From a virus: 64,000 bases of DNA. Below are positions 31,680 through 41,907 of this stretch, piece by piece. Numbering within the stretch: the stretch's first letter is position 1; each line of letters begins with the position of its first letter. The notes under the pieces were generated by a model, which saw only the letters and a program-made list of their open reading frames with translations, had not been told where the DNA came from and searched no databases. The stretch lies in IMG/VR virus record IMGVR_UViG_3300030117_005585, positions 13,754 through 77,753 of that record, one strand, 5' to 3'. The position numbers were made by a program, and so were the translations under genes.

Positions 31680-32837
31680 TTATCTCACTACTTTAAATGA
31701 AAAATCATCATCGAAGTATTGTACAGTTTCTTCATCTGTATTACTTCCACTTACAACCTTAAATTCAAATTTATAATATCTTTCTGCTTGTAATCCATCT
31801 AACCATAGATTGAAGTAATTACCTGTAGAATCACAGCTAACTAAAGAGCCAGTTCCAAATGGTATTATTACATCGCCTGTTTGGTCGTCCAATACTGAGT
31901 AATAAACACCATCACCACCAATTCTGTCTATACTACCACTTGGTAGGTATTTGACTGTGAGATATTCAGAAGAAGTATTTGAATATGATTTAGCTGGGTA
32001 TCTTTCTCTACCAACCACTCTAAATCTAACTCTTGACTTTTCTTTGTATTCAGGTCTTAAACTTTTCATATAAAATTGTAAATCTTCGATATCGGTTGAT
32101 GATAGTGATTCGAGAGAGCCTGTGCTCCATTTTGTGTCAAACCATTCAACTTCTAATTTTGGTGGATATATAGTGTTTGTTTGTCTTGAGAAAAATTTGA
32201 AATTACCTAAATGGTCGGTATTTCCCTCTTCACCAGAACCACTTCTTACTGTTACACCATTATCTGTCACTTTAATACTTCCACTTCTTCTAACTATAAA
32301 TCCTTCATTGGTGTAAGTTTCATCTAACCACTTATTTACAATTGGTGTGACATCCATTCTCATATCACCAGTTGACCAAAAGAAAGACTGTGATGCGTAA
32401 ACTTCATCATGCCAAGTCCCACCTTGTTCATTAGTGAAAGATGAAGAAGCCGGATCCCAAAAGTCTTCTTCTTCAATTCCTGTTTTGTAAGCCCAACTAG
32501 CACCTTGTGTTGTAGTTGGATTATCCATATCAAATCCCTCTCCCTCAACCCAACTTTGACTTACAGGCCAAGCCCATAAAGATTGACTGTATGATAAATC
32601 AGTAGGATTAGCATCGTACATATTGAGATAAAATTTAGGATTCACAATCTGTCCTCTAACAATTGATTGTGAAATGTAAGATAAATCGAATTTTATGAGT
32701 ATACGAGAAACTTTTATATTAGTTCCATCGCTTTTCATATTTTTTTGTACTTCTAATATTTCATCCAAACCTGTATTTTTACTACTTGAGGCTTGATATA
32801 AAGTTGTATCTATGTCTGGAAAAATAAAATAATGCAT
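31680..32837 (-). CDS. Virion structural protein
   Basis: NTGLDEILE, SRILIKFD, FFSRQTNTIYPPKLE; lies in baseplate block. Confidence 0.65.
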   Translation of the reverse strand: MHYFIFPDIDTTLYQASSSKNTGLDEILEVQKNMKSDGTNIKVSRILIKFDLSYISQSIVRGQIVNPKFYLNMYDANPTDLSYSQSLWAWPVSQSWVEGEGFDMDNPTTTQGASWAYKTGIEEEDFWDPASSSFTNEQGGTWHDEVYASQSFFWSTGDMRMDVTPIVNKWLDETYTNEGFIVRRSGSIKVTDNGVTVRSGSGEEGNTDHLGNFKFFSRQTNTIYPPKLEVEWFDTKWSTGSLESLSSTDIEDLQFYMKSLRPEYKEKSRVRFRVVGRERYPAKSYSNTSSEYLTVKYLPSGSIDRIGGDGVYYSVLDDQTGDVIIPFGTGSLVSCDSTGNYFNLWLDGLQAERYYKFEFKVVSGSNTDEETVQYFDDDFSFKVVR

Positions 32838-34834
32838 TAGTAACTACCTCCGGCAGAGCCACCACTATTAGTGTCGCCTACACATTTACCTTCAATATCA
32901 ATTGATGGAAATTTTAGTTCGAAACAACTCGGATCCATAGATGGGTAAACAACACCACCTTTGGTGGCACTCTTTATGTCATACAAATTTCCTGAATATC
33001 CTTCCGCACGATTGAATTTGTTTACAATCTGAACGGGTGGTCTGTCTTGTGAACTTGTTTCTTCATCAACATCATCAGGTGGAACAACTGCTGCTACACC
33101 ATCAACTAAAGATATCTGATAAGCTAAATCCGATAGAACTATTGGTTGTCCTATTTGCCACTTATCAGTATCAAAGAATTCTCTAACTTTTTGTACTGAC
33201 TGTAGGACAACTTGTTCCTTATTATAACCTGATTTAGCTAGTAAATTGAACTTGACACCTACATTAATAACATAGGCGTCTTTAATATTAACAGCGTCTG
33301 TAATCATTCTAAACTGTGTTAGATAAGTTTGAATGTTTTCTTTGACTGCTTGATTAACCTGAGTTAATTGTTTACCCGCATCATACCCTAAGACATATAG
33401 GTTTAATGCTAAGGGATTTTCTACTCTCACCCTGTTACCAGGCAAAGTGAATGTATTAGCAGGCCCTTGGTCTATCTGAGAGTCTTGTACGATATATGCT
33501 TTAGCAATATTACCATACTTAGGTGGTAGGGCGTAGACTCTAGTTATATAGTCGGCTTTAGTTACTGCTCTTGATTGTGCTTGAAAGTAAGATAGTGTAT
33601 TCTGTTTTACTTCTCCAACACTTTCCGCACCTTTACCACCGGATGTTGGATTTGGATTTATGACCGCTATAGAGTCTTTTACAGTGTTTACCAATGCTGA
33701 ATCTAGTCCAACCTCATTCAATGAAATGGTTTGATTAGTTATCGAAGTTATTGAATTTGAATTTACATTATGATTAACACCACCACCATATCTGTATGTA
33801 ATTACAAGTGTAGTATTCGATGGTGCTTGACCATATGTTCTAGTGTTCAAAAAGTTAGAAGGGTCGAAAGCCGTTCCTAAGTATGTTGGTGAGCCTGGCA
33901 AAGTTGAACCAACTGAGTCAGGATTAGGAACTAACTCTTCATCTGGACTATCTGATATTCCAGCTCCAAATCTCAATTCTGTTCTATTATCTGTTCTGAC
34001 ATAGCATGTGAATCTACGTGCAGTTTTCAAAAGTTTTAACAAATACGGTGCTTGGTCTTTGTACTGAAAGTCATCATTACCTTCTGTATTTAAATTTTCA
34101 ACATCTGTATACACAGTGTCTTGTGCTAAAAAAGGAACTTCGTACCAACTATTACCGTCATCATCTGTACAACTTATTATTTCAGTAACATTTGAGTTAG
34201 CTAAAGCAATTCTAGTATATTTTTCAGAATCACCAAATGAAAATCTTTCGGTTGCAACTTCACCACTTTCTATTTTTGCAACCTTTTTAAGTAAGTATGT
34301 TACAGGTGTATTTCCAGAACTTTCATATACTGTTTTTGACATTGGGTCATATGAGCTTGAAAATTTAAAATTAACATCGCTTGTTGTTCTAAATGTAATA
34401 CCCGTTTGGGAAGCTAATTGCATACCAGCGTCAATTTTCATAGCATAATTTAAGTTTGGAAAAACTTTGTAATCCGCACCTGTTCCCGAAGATGCTGCTG
34501 GTACAAGTTGCATGACTTCAACTTCACCAAAAGATGGAGTTGCTAATTTAGGTTTATATCCGAAAGACTGAGCCATATTGTATACGGTTCTTTTTTCTTC
34601 TGCAAAAGCCAGTAAAGACTCTTTAAATTGATTATCTATATAGTATGAAAGAACATCACCGACATAACTAGCCATTTCAATAAACATCATACCTGGCGAA
34701 GCCTCATTAAAATCATTGTATGTATTTGGAAAGTAAACTTTCGCAAACTCTATTAAGTTGGATTTGAATGAACTAAAGTCTTTATTTAAATATCTGACTT
34801 CTTTTTTGGATGTTTTTGGTACATTGTACGGCAT
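32837..34834 (-). CDS. Baseplate wedge protein (T4 gp6 / baseplate J-like)
   Basis: YLNKDF..F, SYVGDVLSYYID, LRFG, GGKGAES, QSRAVTKADY. Confidence 0.88.
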   Translation of the reverse strand: MPYNVPKTSKKEVRYLNKDFSSFKSNLIEFAKVYFPNTYNDFNEASPGMMFIEMASYVGDVLSYYIDNQFKESLLAFAEEKRTVYNMAQSFGYKPKLATPSFGEVEVMQLVPAASSGTGADYKVFPNLNYAMKIDAGMQLASQTGITFRTTSDVNFKFSSSYDPMSKTVYESSGNTPVTYLLKKVAKIESGEVATERFSFGDSEKYTRIALANSNVTEIISCTDDDGNSWYEVPFLAQDTVYTDVENLNTEGNDDFQYKDQAPYLLKLLKTARRFTCYVRTDNRTELRFGAGISDSPDEELVPNPDSVGSTLPGSPTYLGTAFDPSNFLNTRTYGQAPSNTTLVITYRYGGGVNHNVNSNSITSITNQTISLNEVGLDSALVNTVKDSIAVINPNPTSGGKGAESVGEVKQNTLSYFQAQSRAVTKADYITRVYALPPKYGNIAKAYIVQDSQIDQGPANTFTLPGNRVRVENPLALNLYVLGYDAGKQLTQVNQAVKENIQTYLTQFRMITDAVNIKDAYVINVGVKFNLLAKSGYNKEQVVLQSVQKVREFFDTDKWQIGQPIVLSDLAYQISLVDGVAAVVPPDDVDEETSSQDRPPVQIVNKFNRAEGYSGNLYDIKSATKGGVVYPSMDPSCFELKFPSIDIEGKCVGDTNSGGSAGGSY

Positions 34835-34847
34835 AGAATTTCTCCGA

Positions 34848-35363
34848 TTATAAGGTATAGAAAGGGTCTAGTGTGTCGTACTCACCATCACCAATTATTG
34901 AATCTGTTAACTCATCATACATAGACTCACCGCCTGCTTGCCCAACAGTTGCGATATCATCTTTTCTCAAATTTAAATCTAGTGTAGCAACCCTTTGGTC
35001 TATGTCAATACTGAAATTCATCTTTACATTGATTTTATTTGGGTTTCTTTCATCAGATGTTGTAACTATATCTACCACTTTGACATATGGCAACCACTCA
35101 GTCAAAGCTGCTCTTATTGCCTCTTCTACTTTTTCAGCTATACTACCATCATCTGGCTCAAAAATAACTTTCATCAATTCGCTTCCAAACGTGGGATTAC
35201 CCAACCGCTCGCCCTTCATCGTCAATAATAAATTTCTTATGTTAGAACGTGTTTGTTGTAAAGTTGTTCTTGTTTTATTAAAGAATCCTTGACTACCATA
35301 ATCTAATGGTAGAGATATTCCTATAAAAACATCTGGATTTAAATCTTTTTCTAAATTAGACAT
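34848..35363 (-). CDS. Baseplate wedge subunit gp25-like
   Basis: NLLLTMKGERLGNPTFGS...IFEP...WLPYV. Confidence 0.9.
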   Translation of the reverse strand: MSNLEKDLNPDVFIGISLPLDYGSQGFFNKTRTTLQQTRSNIRNLLLTMKGERLGNPTFGSELMKVIFEPDDGSIAEKVEEAIRAALTEWLPYVKVVDIVTTSDERNPNKINVKMNFSIDIDQRVATLDLNLRKDDIATVGQAGGESMYDELTDSIIGDGEYDTLDPFYTL

Positions 35364-35833
35364 TATTTTTTCCCATCTTTTTTATCTAATGCTGCCATCA
35401 CTCCTCTATAATCTTTTGTTAAATTACTCATCACATCTTGTACTGCTGGATTGGATGTGTCAGCACCAGCTGCTTGTGCTGTTTGTATAGCAGATGCTTG
35501 TCTTTTAGTTTCGGCATTACCTAACATATTACCGTAACCTAAAGCATCAGCCATCTTTGAAGTATCAAATGTTCCCCCACCCATCGTTGGATATTCATCC
35601 ATTTCTTGTGAGTGTGCTGTTTCATTGAGTATTTTGTTTAGAACAGGATCTTTAACATAAGTTTTTTGTTCTTTGCGTTTGGGTAATACATCGGGTACAT
35701 CAAACCCACCATTGGATTTAGACATTACTGACTTTTTACCTTCGTTAATAAATATATCCGTTATCTGTTTTTTTACTTCTTGTTTAACTACTTCTCTAAT
35801 TAAACCAACAAGTGCTTTTGTTTTATTAGCCAT
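35363..35833 (-). CDS. Conserved phage hypothetical protein
   Basis: KDPVLNKILNETA and LTKDY motifs; AGGAG RBS. Confidence 0.65.
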   Translation of the reverse strand: MANKTKALVGLIREVVKQEVKKQITDIFINEGKKSVMSKSNGGFDVPDVLPKRKEQKTYVKDPVLNKILNETAHSQEMDEYPTMGGGTFDTSKMADALGYGNMLGNAETKRQASAIQTAQAAGADTSNPAVQDVMSNLTKDYRGVMAALDKKDGKK

Positions 35834-35873
35834 AATAACTCCTATTTTATATAAATATTTTACTTTTAATTAT

Positions 35874-36389
35874 TTATTTAATTCCAAGCTGTTTGTTCTT
35901 TTGTTCATTAACTTTATCAGATTCTTCCTTATCTTTGACTGCTTTTTGTAATCTGTCTTTTATTTGCTTTGTACTAACTTTTAGGTTATCGACAGTTGGC
36001 TCTAAAATGTCACTTACACTACCTAAGTCTTGAATCTCACCTTTAAATTTGTCCATAAGTTTTTCTTGAATTAAAGATATGGCAGCAGCAGCCGGATTCA
36101 ATGCTGAACCAATCACATTGGCTTCTCTTAACTTTTCAGCACCACTTAGTCCTGATTTGGCAGTTCTGAGTAAACTCGATAATTGATTTTTAAAATTATC
36201 AATAGTGACTTGTGTATTTTCTAAATTAGTTATTCTATCTAATACTTTATTAACTTCACTAATAGTATCAGAACCACCTTTACCTGACCTGATTTTAGCG
36301 ACTAATTTTTTCGAGTCCTTTGACAAATCGTCAATCGGATTATTAACACTTCGTTTGATAAAATTTCTTACATTGTCTCCTAATCCCAT
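35874..36389 (-). CDS. Hypothetical helical protein
   Basis: 171-aa ORF. Confidence 0.6.
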   Translation of the reverse strand: MGLGDNVRNFIKRSVNNPIDDLSKDSKKLVAKIRSGKGGSDTISEVNKVLDRITNLENTQVTIDNFKNQLSSLLRTAKSGLSGAEKLREANVIGSALNPAAAAISLIQEKLMDKFKGEIQDLGSVSDILEPTVDNLKVSTKQIKDRLQKAVKDKEESDKVNEQKNKQLGIK

Positions 36390-37678
36390 TATCCTCTAAC
36401 TCCTGCAGGATCAGTAATTTTTTCCACTTCGTAATTCTTACTAACAATGTTTTCATCTAATTCAGGCCACTCTGCATTACTAAACAATTCTTCTACATCT
36501 AAATCATCTTCAGGTAGAGGTGGTGCTTTTCTATTTGGAACAAAAACCTTATCACTGTAAAACCTAGGTACTCCTTCAAGTTCACTTCTTAAATCTTGTA
36601 TTGATTTTCTAAATTTTTCTCTCGCATTTGTAATATCTGTATCTTGTTTGGCTTTTATCATTTCGTTTAGGAAAGCTAAATTTGCTAATAACATATCATC
36701 TAAAAAATCGTTCAATGCTTTTCCTATGACTGCAGGCCCGGCTTTAGAATCACCAACATATGTTCCTAAGTTTACAGTTCCATTTTCTGTTTCTAAATTA
36801 ATTGAAGTCTGTGCTGATAAGTTTATATTTCTGTCAGCAAATCCGAAAATATCACCACCTGGTGAAGAAACTTCTCCGAACCCTTTGGCATTAAGAGATA
36901 CGCTATCTGCGTTCAACGATATTACAGAACTTAGAGCTCCACCTAAATTTTTAGATAACATCTGACTCGGTGAGGCGTTTCTAAGAGGTATATGTCCATT
37001 GTTAGTAATGTAGATATTTGCCTCATCTAAATTTACATCTTCGACATGAGCTAAGTCTTCATTAAATCTTTTAGCAGTAATATTACCAGAACTTTTACTC
37101 TGACCTACAGTCAACTTCATAAAAGGTTGTACAAAATTATTATCGCTACCAAAATGTATAGATTGTCCAAATCTACCTTGTATGACAGTATCTCCTTGTT
37201 CACAATAAATCTTTCTGTTGAATTTTGTTAATTGTTCATAAGGTTTACCATCTCCTTTTGAAAAGGGAACTCTATTCATATTGACTTTTCCAAACAAATT
37301 CAAAGGATTAAAGTAATAGAGTTGTCCTAAATAACTAGCAACATTAACCACTTCACCTATAATTGGATATTGAATTATATGTGGGGATAAAGGTTTTGCT
37401 AAATCATCTAAAACTTCTCCTGTGGGTTGACTATATTTTAGACTAACGGTTACAGCACCCAACATTGATAAATCAACATTACCATCAGGACCTACTGGAA
37501 AATCTTTATCTTTTGGGTCTAAATGACATTTAACAACTTGCGCTGGTTCTATTTCATAAAACTCATCTGATGTAGACATTTGTTCTATTAAATCTACAAC
37601 ATTACTTTGATTCATAAAACCAGTGCTACTACCTATTGAGGCAACAGAGTTAGTAACTTTTCTATAGCCAGGTTGCAT
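36389..37678 (-). CDS. Putative baseplate hub/central spike protein (gp5-like, no lysozyme domain seen)
   Basis: YPIIGEVV and GDTVIQGRFGQSIHFGS motifs, beta-repeat C-terminal half, upstream of gp25. Confidence 0.5.
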   Translation of the reverse strand: MQPGYRKVTNSVASIGSSTGFMNQSNVVDLIEQMSTSDEFYEIEPAQVVKCHLDPKDKDFPVGPDGNVDLSMLGAVTVSLKYSQPTGEVLDDLAKPLSPHIIQYPIIGEVVNVASYLGQLYYFNPLNLFGKVNMNRVPFSKGDGKPYEQLTKFNRKIYCEQGDTVIQGRFGQSIHFGSDNNFVQPFMKLTVGQSKSSGNITAKRFNEDLAHVEDVNLDEANIYITNNGHIPLRNASPSQMLSKNLGGALSSVISLNADSVSLNAKGFGEVSSPGGDIFGFADRNINLSAQTSINLETENGTVNLGTYVGDSKAGPAVIGKALNDFLDDMLLANLAFLNEMIKAKQDTDITNAREKFRKSIQDLRSELEGVPRFYSDKVFVPNRKAPPLPEDDLDVEELFSNAEWPELDENIVSKNYEVEKITDPAGVRG

Positions 37679-37680
37679 AA

Positions 37681-38067
37681 TTAATTCTCCACCTTTCCTA
37701 TTTCATTTATATCATCAGAGTGTTTTTGTGCATCAGCTGCTACCTCTTCTACAGCAGACATTAGTTGTTCCTTTTCCGCATCACTCAAACCAAACTCTTC
37801 TTCAGCACCACCTTTGTTTTCTGTGGATATAAGTCTTTGAACTATACTGGCAACTTTAACTAATTGGTCGTCGTTCTTTACATTAATTTCTAAGTATTCT
37901 TTTAACATAGGAATTATTTGAACTGCTGTGTCACCGTCTTTAATAAATCCAACAACTTCTTTCATCAGAACTTCCAATTGTTCTTTATTTCTTGCCGTAT
38001 TATCGTATATATCTTTAAATAAGTCTGACAATGACTTACCATCAAAGATTTCATAATCATTTGCCAT
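37681..38067 (-). CDS. Conserved phage hypothetical protein
   Basis: EIFDGKSLSDLFKDIY, KNDDQLVK; ATATTTATA motif upstream. Confidence 0.65.
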   Translation of the reverse strand: MANDYEIFDGKSLSDLFKDIYDNTARNKEQLEVLMKEVVGFIKDGDTAVQIIPMLKEYLEINVKNDDQLVKVASIVQRLISTENKGGAEEEFGLSDAEKEQLMSAVEEVAADAQKHSDDINEIGKVEN

Positions 38068-38195
38068 TTTTATCCTCTGAATTGTTATAGAATTGTATCA
38101 TATATAAATATTTAGATTTTCAACTTTTGATTAATATATATTATATTTATATATAGGGTGAAACTCCCTTTTTTGTTAACTAATGGAGAATAAAC

Positions 38196-38417
38196 ATGAA
38201 GGAAATAATAACAATGGTAAAAGGCTACATAGATGATTTAGCTCATCTTATGATGTCTTTTGTAGCCATAGGTGCTATATCTGAAGTAATATTCGGTACT
38301 GGCGTCTTTGGTGTCAATGTTATTGGTAACCTGACATCTATCATAAACACATTCGGCGAATCTGGTTTCGCTGGGTTAGTCGCGTTGTTGGTGTTGGTGG
38401 GTTTGTTTCGTAAGTAG
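38196..38417 (+). CDS. Small two-TM membrane protein (holin-like?)
   Basis: One of only two credible plus-strand genes; GGAG RBS, own ATATTTATA motif and terminator. Confidence 0.7.
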   Translation: MKEIITMVKGYIDDLAHLMMSFVAIGAISEVIFGTGVFGVNVIGNLTSIINTFGESGFAGLVALLVLVGLFRK

Positions 38418-38430
38418 TTCTAAAACAAAG

Positions 38431-38458
38431 AAGGGGAGTGAAAACTCCCCTTTTTTTT
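38431..38458 (+). terminator. Rho-independent terminator between convergent genes
   Basis: AAGGGGAGT-GAAA-ACTCCCCTT followed by a T run. Confidence 0.85.
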
Positions 38459-39219
38459 TATTCTCTAGTTAAAGAGCCTGTATAAGATACATCAACGACA
38501 CCCTCTTTTTCGAATTCAGAATATAATCTCTTATTATACTTTTTCATAACATTAATAATACGAGTTATATGTTGTGTATTAGAACCTGTCATTTCTCGAA
38601 TAAGAATATACAGTGCCTTTTTATTGAAGTTTTCTAAGTTTTGTTTTATCCTAAAGAGATGTAGTACAGAGTCGGCAACTCTAATATCTTTATCTCTACG
38701 AAATATATTTGTTAGATTATATTCCCAAAATCTAACCAACTCTTCTGTAAATAAAGAATTAATTTCGGTTCTCTCACTTAAATTAGTTTCACCTGTTATG
38801 TTTCTTTTATAATCTAAAACATCTATTCCATCGTGTATCTTACCCATTTTGTAATTCTTATTATTATTTAGAATAAGGTAGTTTTTAGCAACAATACTAA
38901 AGTAAGAAAATGCTTTTCCTTTACCTTCTTTAAATTTGTGCATGTTCATCACAAGAAAAGATACCACTTCATTCTTTACTTCTTCAGATGTTGTATCGAA
39001 GTAATAAAACTTAAACGTATGAATTATGTTCTCTGCTAATTTATCAAAAGCAGCTCTTATATGTTCATTGTAAATCTTATTTCTTAAACTTGGACTGTCA
39101 CTATTATTATATCTTATTATTGCTTTCTCAGTTCCCTGATGAAAATAATAGTTCTTTGGTCTCTTCTTTCTTTTCTTTCTTTTCTTTGCTACTGAGCCTG
39201 ATGTTTGCATTGATGGCAT
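38458..39219 (-). CDS. Putative phage sigma-like transcription factor (gp55-like region 2)
   Basis: KLAENII, HKFKEGKGKAFSYFSIVAKNYLI resembles region 2 of T4-type late sigma factors. Confidence 0.6.
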   Translation of the reverse strand: MPSMQTSGSVAKKRKKRKKRPKNYYFHQGTEKAIIRYNNSDSPSLRNKIYNEHIRAAFDKLAENIIHTFKFYYFDTTSEEVKNEVVSFLVMNMHKFKEGKGKAFSYFSIVAKNYLILNNNKNYKMGKIHDGIDVLDYKRNITGETNLSERTEINSLFTEELVRFWEYNLTNIFRRDKDIRVADSVLHLFRIKQNLENFNKKALYILIREMTGSNTQHITRIINVMKKYNKRLYSEFEKEGVVDVSYTGSLTRE

Positions 39220-39476
39220 TACTGTTGTTCTCCTCTAAAGTTATCTAATTGTTTTATTATATTTTTTATTTCATCAAAGATTACACCTGTTTCATCATCA
39301 GATTCAAATGAACCTCTGTAATCTATTTTTTTCAAATCAAATTGAATTTTTTCTACTGCTTCCATAAAATTTGAAACCCAATCTTCTAACATTTCTTGTT
39401 TGAGATTTAAATTCCATATCACATAACAAGATGTTAAAAACAGTAAGGTTACAATTGTAAAAGATACTTCTAACAT
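39219..39476 (-). CDS. Membrane-anchored hypothetical protein
   Basis: N-terminal TM, GSFESDDETG motif. Confidence 0.65.
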   Translation of the reverse strand: MLEVSFTIVTLLFLTSCYVIWNLNLKQEMLEDWVSNFMEAVEKIQFDLKKIDYRGSFESDDETGVIFDEIKNIIKQLDNFRGEQQ

Positions 39477-40252
39477 TACTTGGTTTCTCCAAAGAGTTCA
39501 TCAAAAAGGTCTTGTGACTTAGAACTCAGTTTAGGTGATGGTTCAGATTTCTTCTCTCCGTTAACCGCTTTCTTCATATTCGTAGTAAGGTTTGTATTAT
39601 AGTCTTCATCTGCTCGTTTCCATTCGTCACCTTCGATGTGTGTTGCCATCATATCGGCTTGATGAAGTATGTATGCTATATTGGATTTCAACGCCCAATC
39701 AGGATTGTAACTAAGGTAGTAGGTTTTATTTGCTTCCTCATACAAACCATCAGTTAAACGTAATCCGATATATTCCCATTGTGTCATTGGAATACCGAAG
39801 TGATTTAAAAGAAAAATAGCTCGGTCGGTAACAGACATATATTGAAGTTTCGGATTGTGTTTGAATATCTCACCTCTATTCTTACGATGCCATTCGGAGT
39901 CTTGTGGTATATAATAATCTTCATCTAAATCACCAACCTTACCTAAGTCGTGATGCATAGCAGCGAAGATAAGTTCCTCATCGGTGAAGTTGATGGTGGC
40001 TCCATTTTTCTCCCACAGCTCTTTGATTTGAAGAGCTGAATCAACTACATGCAACACATGCTCTACATAACCACCTACCATAGCATTGTGATAAGCTGCC
40101 TTACCACTGGCTGGTGCTACTGACATTCTATCTTCAAAGTAGACATACATAGTCTTAAGCTTTTTTAATCTATCTCCTTCGAATGTATCTTCTATAAGTT
40201 TCATTAACTTATTCCAATTCTCTACTATTTGTTGTTCTGAAAGTTGTTTCAT
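39476..40252 (-). CDS. HD-domain phosphohydrolase
   Basis: YHNA..GGYVEH, HHDLGK, HQAD. Confidence 0.88.
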   Translation of the reverse strand: MKQLSEQQIVENWNKLMKLIEDTFEGDRLKKLKTMYVYFEDRMSVAPASGKAAYHNAMVGGYVEHVLHVVDSALQIKELWEKNGATINFTDEELIFAAMHHDLGKVGDLDEDYYIPQDSEWHRKNRGEIFKHNPKLQYMSVTDRAIFLLNHFGIPMTQWEYIGLRLTDGLYEEANKTYYLSYNPDWALKSNIAYILHQADMMATHIEGDEWKRADEDYNTNLTTNMKKAVNGEKKSEPSPKLSSKSQDLFDELFGETK

Positions 40253-40569
40253 CTTATTCTCCTAAAAGTATTTTTTACTAATTTAAATGGATATCTTCCT
40301 GGCACATAGCCGTTTGTTTTTTTGTTCCAATTAAGCATTTCTTTTTTGATTTTTTTACCCCAACCAATATATTCTAGTTCTTCTTTGGGTTGAAACTCCC
40401 ACCATTGTGTTTCTATATCCTTAGCATCATTTAATATATTAAGCATCGCCACAGCTTTACTACCTATCTTACTTACTAAGTAAGCAGCATCTTCTTCGTT
40501 TGAAGCATAATATACTTCTTTATCTTCCTTAAAAGCCTCAGGTGTCCAACTCACAATGTATGGTTTCAT
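40249..40569 (-). CDS. Hypothetical protein
   Basis: 106-aa coupled ORF. Confidence 0.6.
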   Translation of the reverse strand: MKPYIVSWTPEAFKEDKEVYYASNEEDAAYLVSKIGSKAVAMLNILNDAKDIETQWWEFQPKEELEYIGWGKKIKKEMLNWNKKTNGYVPGRYPFKLVKNTFRRIR

Positions 40570-41907
40570 TTATCTAACCTCATAACCGCTTTTTGTTAAT
40601 TTAATTGTTGGTTCTTCTCTAAGTCTATTTCTATAGATGTCAAAAGGTATTCCTCTACCCCAACCAAGATAATCCATAATTTGTTCTTTAGTTACCGAGC
40701 CAACTTTGTGAATGTAATTTAATATTTTGTTATAACCATCTGTATCTTTTTTTACTTTTTTGAATTTCTCTTCCGCTCTTACAAAATGACTATTATACTT
40801 TTTTATAATATTTTCCCACGAGTTTTCTTTTCCTAATTCTATACACCTATTGGAATATTCTTCTCTTAGATTTTCGTTATCTAACATCATATTCATCTTC
40901 TTTAGAAACTCTTCATCTTTATCAAAATAAATACCAGCATTCTCAGCATACTGTGAATAGTAGTCAGCATTGTAGAATATATAAGGTACACCAACTGCCA
41001 TACCATCAGAAGCAGAGTTAGCCCAACCCGTATGGTGTGATTGTCCACACACACCAACCCAACATTTAGATAACTCTGTAAAGTAACCTTGTCTATCAAA
41101 TTTTTTATTGTAGATATACTCTCTATCTATTGAGTCTGATAAAGGAACCCATGCCGTAAAGTCTTTTCTCTGTTCCCATAATTTATCAATCTGTTGTAGA
41201 AACCAAGGATAACTTTTATAACTATTAGCCCTATGATTCCAAACTATTATCTTTGGTTCTTTTTGTGGTTTCTTTCGTGGGCCTTCTACATTATCCCAAC
41301 CACGTGGTAGTGGTTCTATCTTATCTTTCAATATCTCCACATCACTATCTGGCAAGCAAGTCGGTGCGTTCTCTATTATAGTATCTTTCACTGCTTGTGA
41401 GTTAACACCACAACTGTTCATAGACATCAAACCAGCATAGTGCTGTCTAAGTAAACTAGCTTCATAACCAGTAGTCTTTGGTATTTCTATATATGCATCG
41501 TAACCAAATATTACAGGTCTGCAGTTAGTCAAATTTCTAAAATGATTCTCCAACTGTAATGTATGTTCTGGCAAATATGTATATAAAAAATCCCAATCTT
41601 TAGTTTTGAAATCAGTTATTTTAGATAACTGATAAGTATCAAAATGTTGTCTCATCTCATTTGGATATGTAGGTTGTTTGTAGATAATCTGTTCAGTATT
41701 TTCATATTGAAAGCCTGGCATAATTTCAGGAGTTAATACTACAAAAAATATATCCGGCCTTAACTTTGTTAAATGTTTTAAAATGTTAGACATTATTATG
41801 TAGTAACTATCCTTAGTAAAATCTTTTTGAAAGGTTATATTAGGATAAACTAAACATCTAAAAGGATATTCTCTATCCTCATCGGTATCTTGAAAGAAGT
41901 TGTTCAT
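40570..41907 (-). CDS. GT-B fold glycosyltransferase (GT4-like)
   Basis: IIVWNHR...K, GWANSASDGMAVGVPYI, MMLDNENLREEYS. Confidence 0.8.
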   Translation of the reverse strand: MNNFFQDTDEDREYPFRCLVYPNITFQKDFTKDSYYIIMSNILKHLTKLRPDIFFVVLTPEIMPGFQYENTEQIIYKQPTYPNEMRQHFDTYQLSKITDFKTKDWDFLYTYLPEHTLQLENHFRNLTNCRPVIFGYDAYIEIPKTTGYEASLLRQHYAGLMSMNSCGVNSQAVKDTIIENAPTCLPDSDVEILKDKIEPLPRGWDNVEGPRKKPQKEPKIIVWNHRANSYKSYPWFLQQIDKLWEQRKDFTAWVPLSDSIDREYIYNKKFDRQGYFTELSKCWVGVCGQSHHTGWANSASDGMAVGVPYIFYNADYYSQYAENAGIYFDKDEEFLKKMNMMLDNENLREEYSNRCIELGKENSWENIIKKYNSHFVRAEEKFKKVKKDTDGYNKILNYIHKVGSVTKEQIMDYLGWGRGIPFDIYRNRLREEPTIKLTKSGYEVR

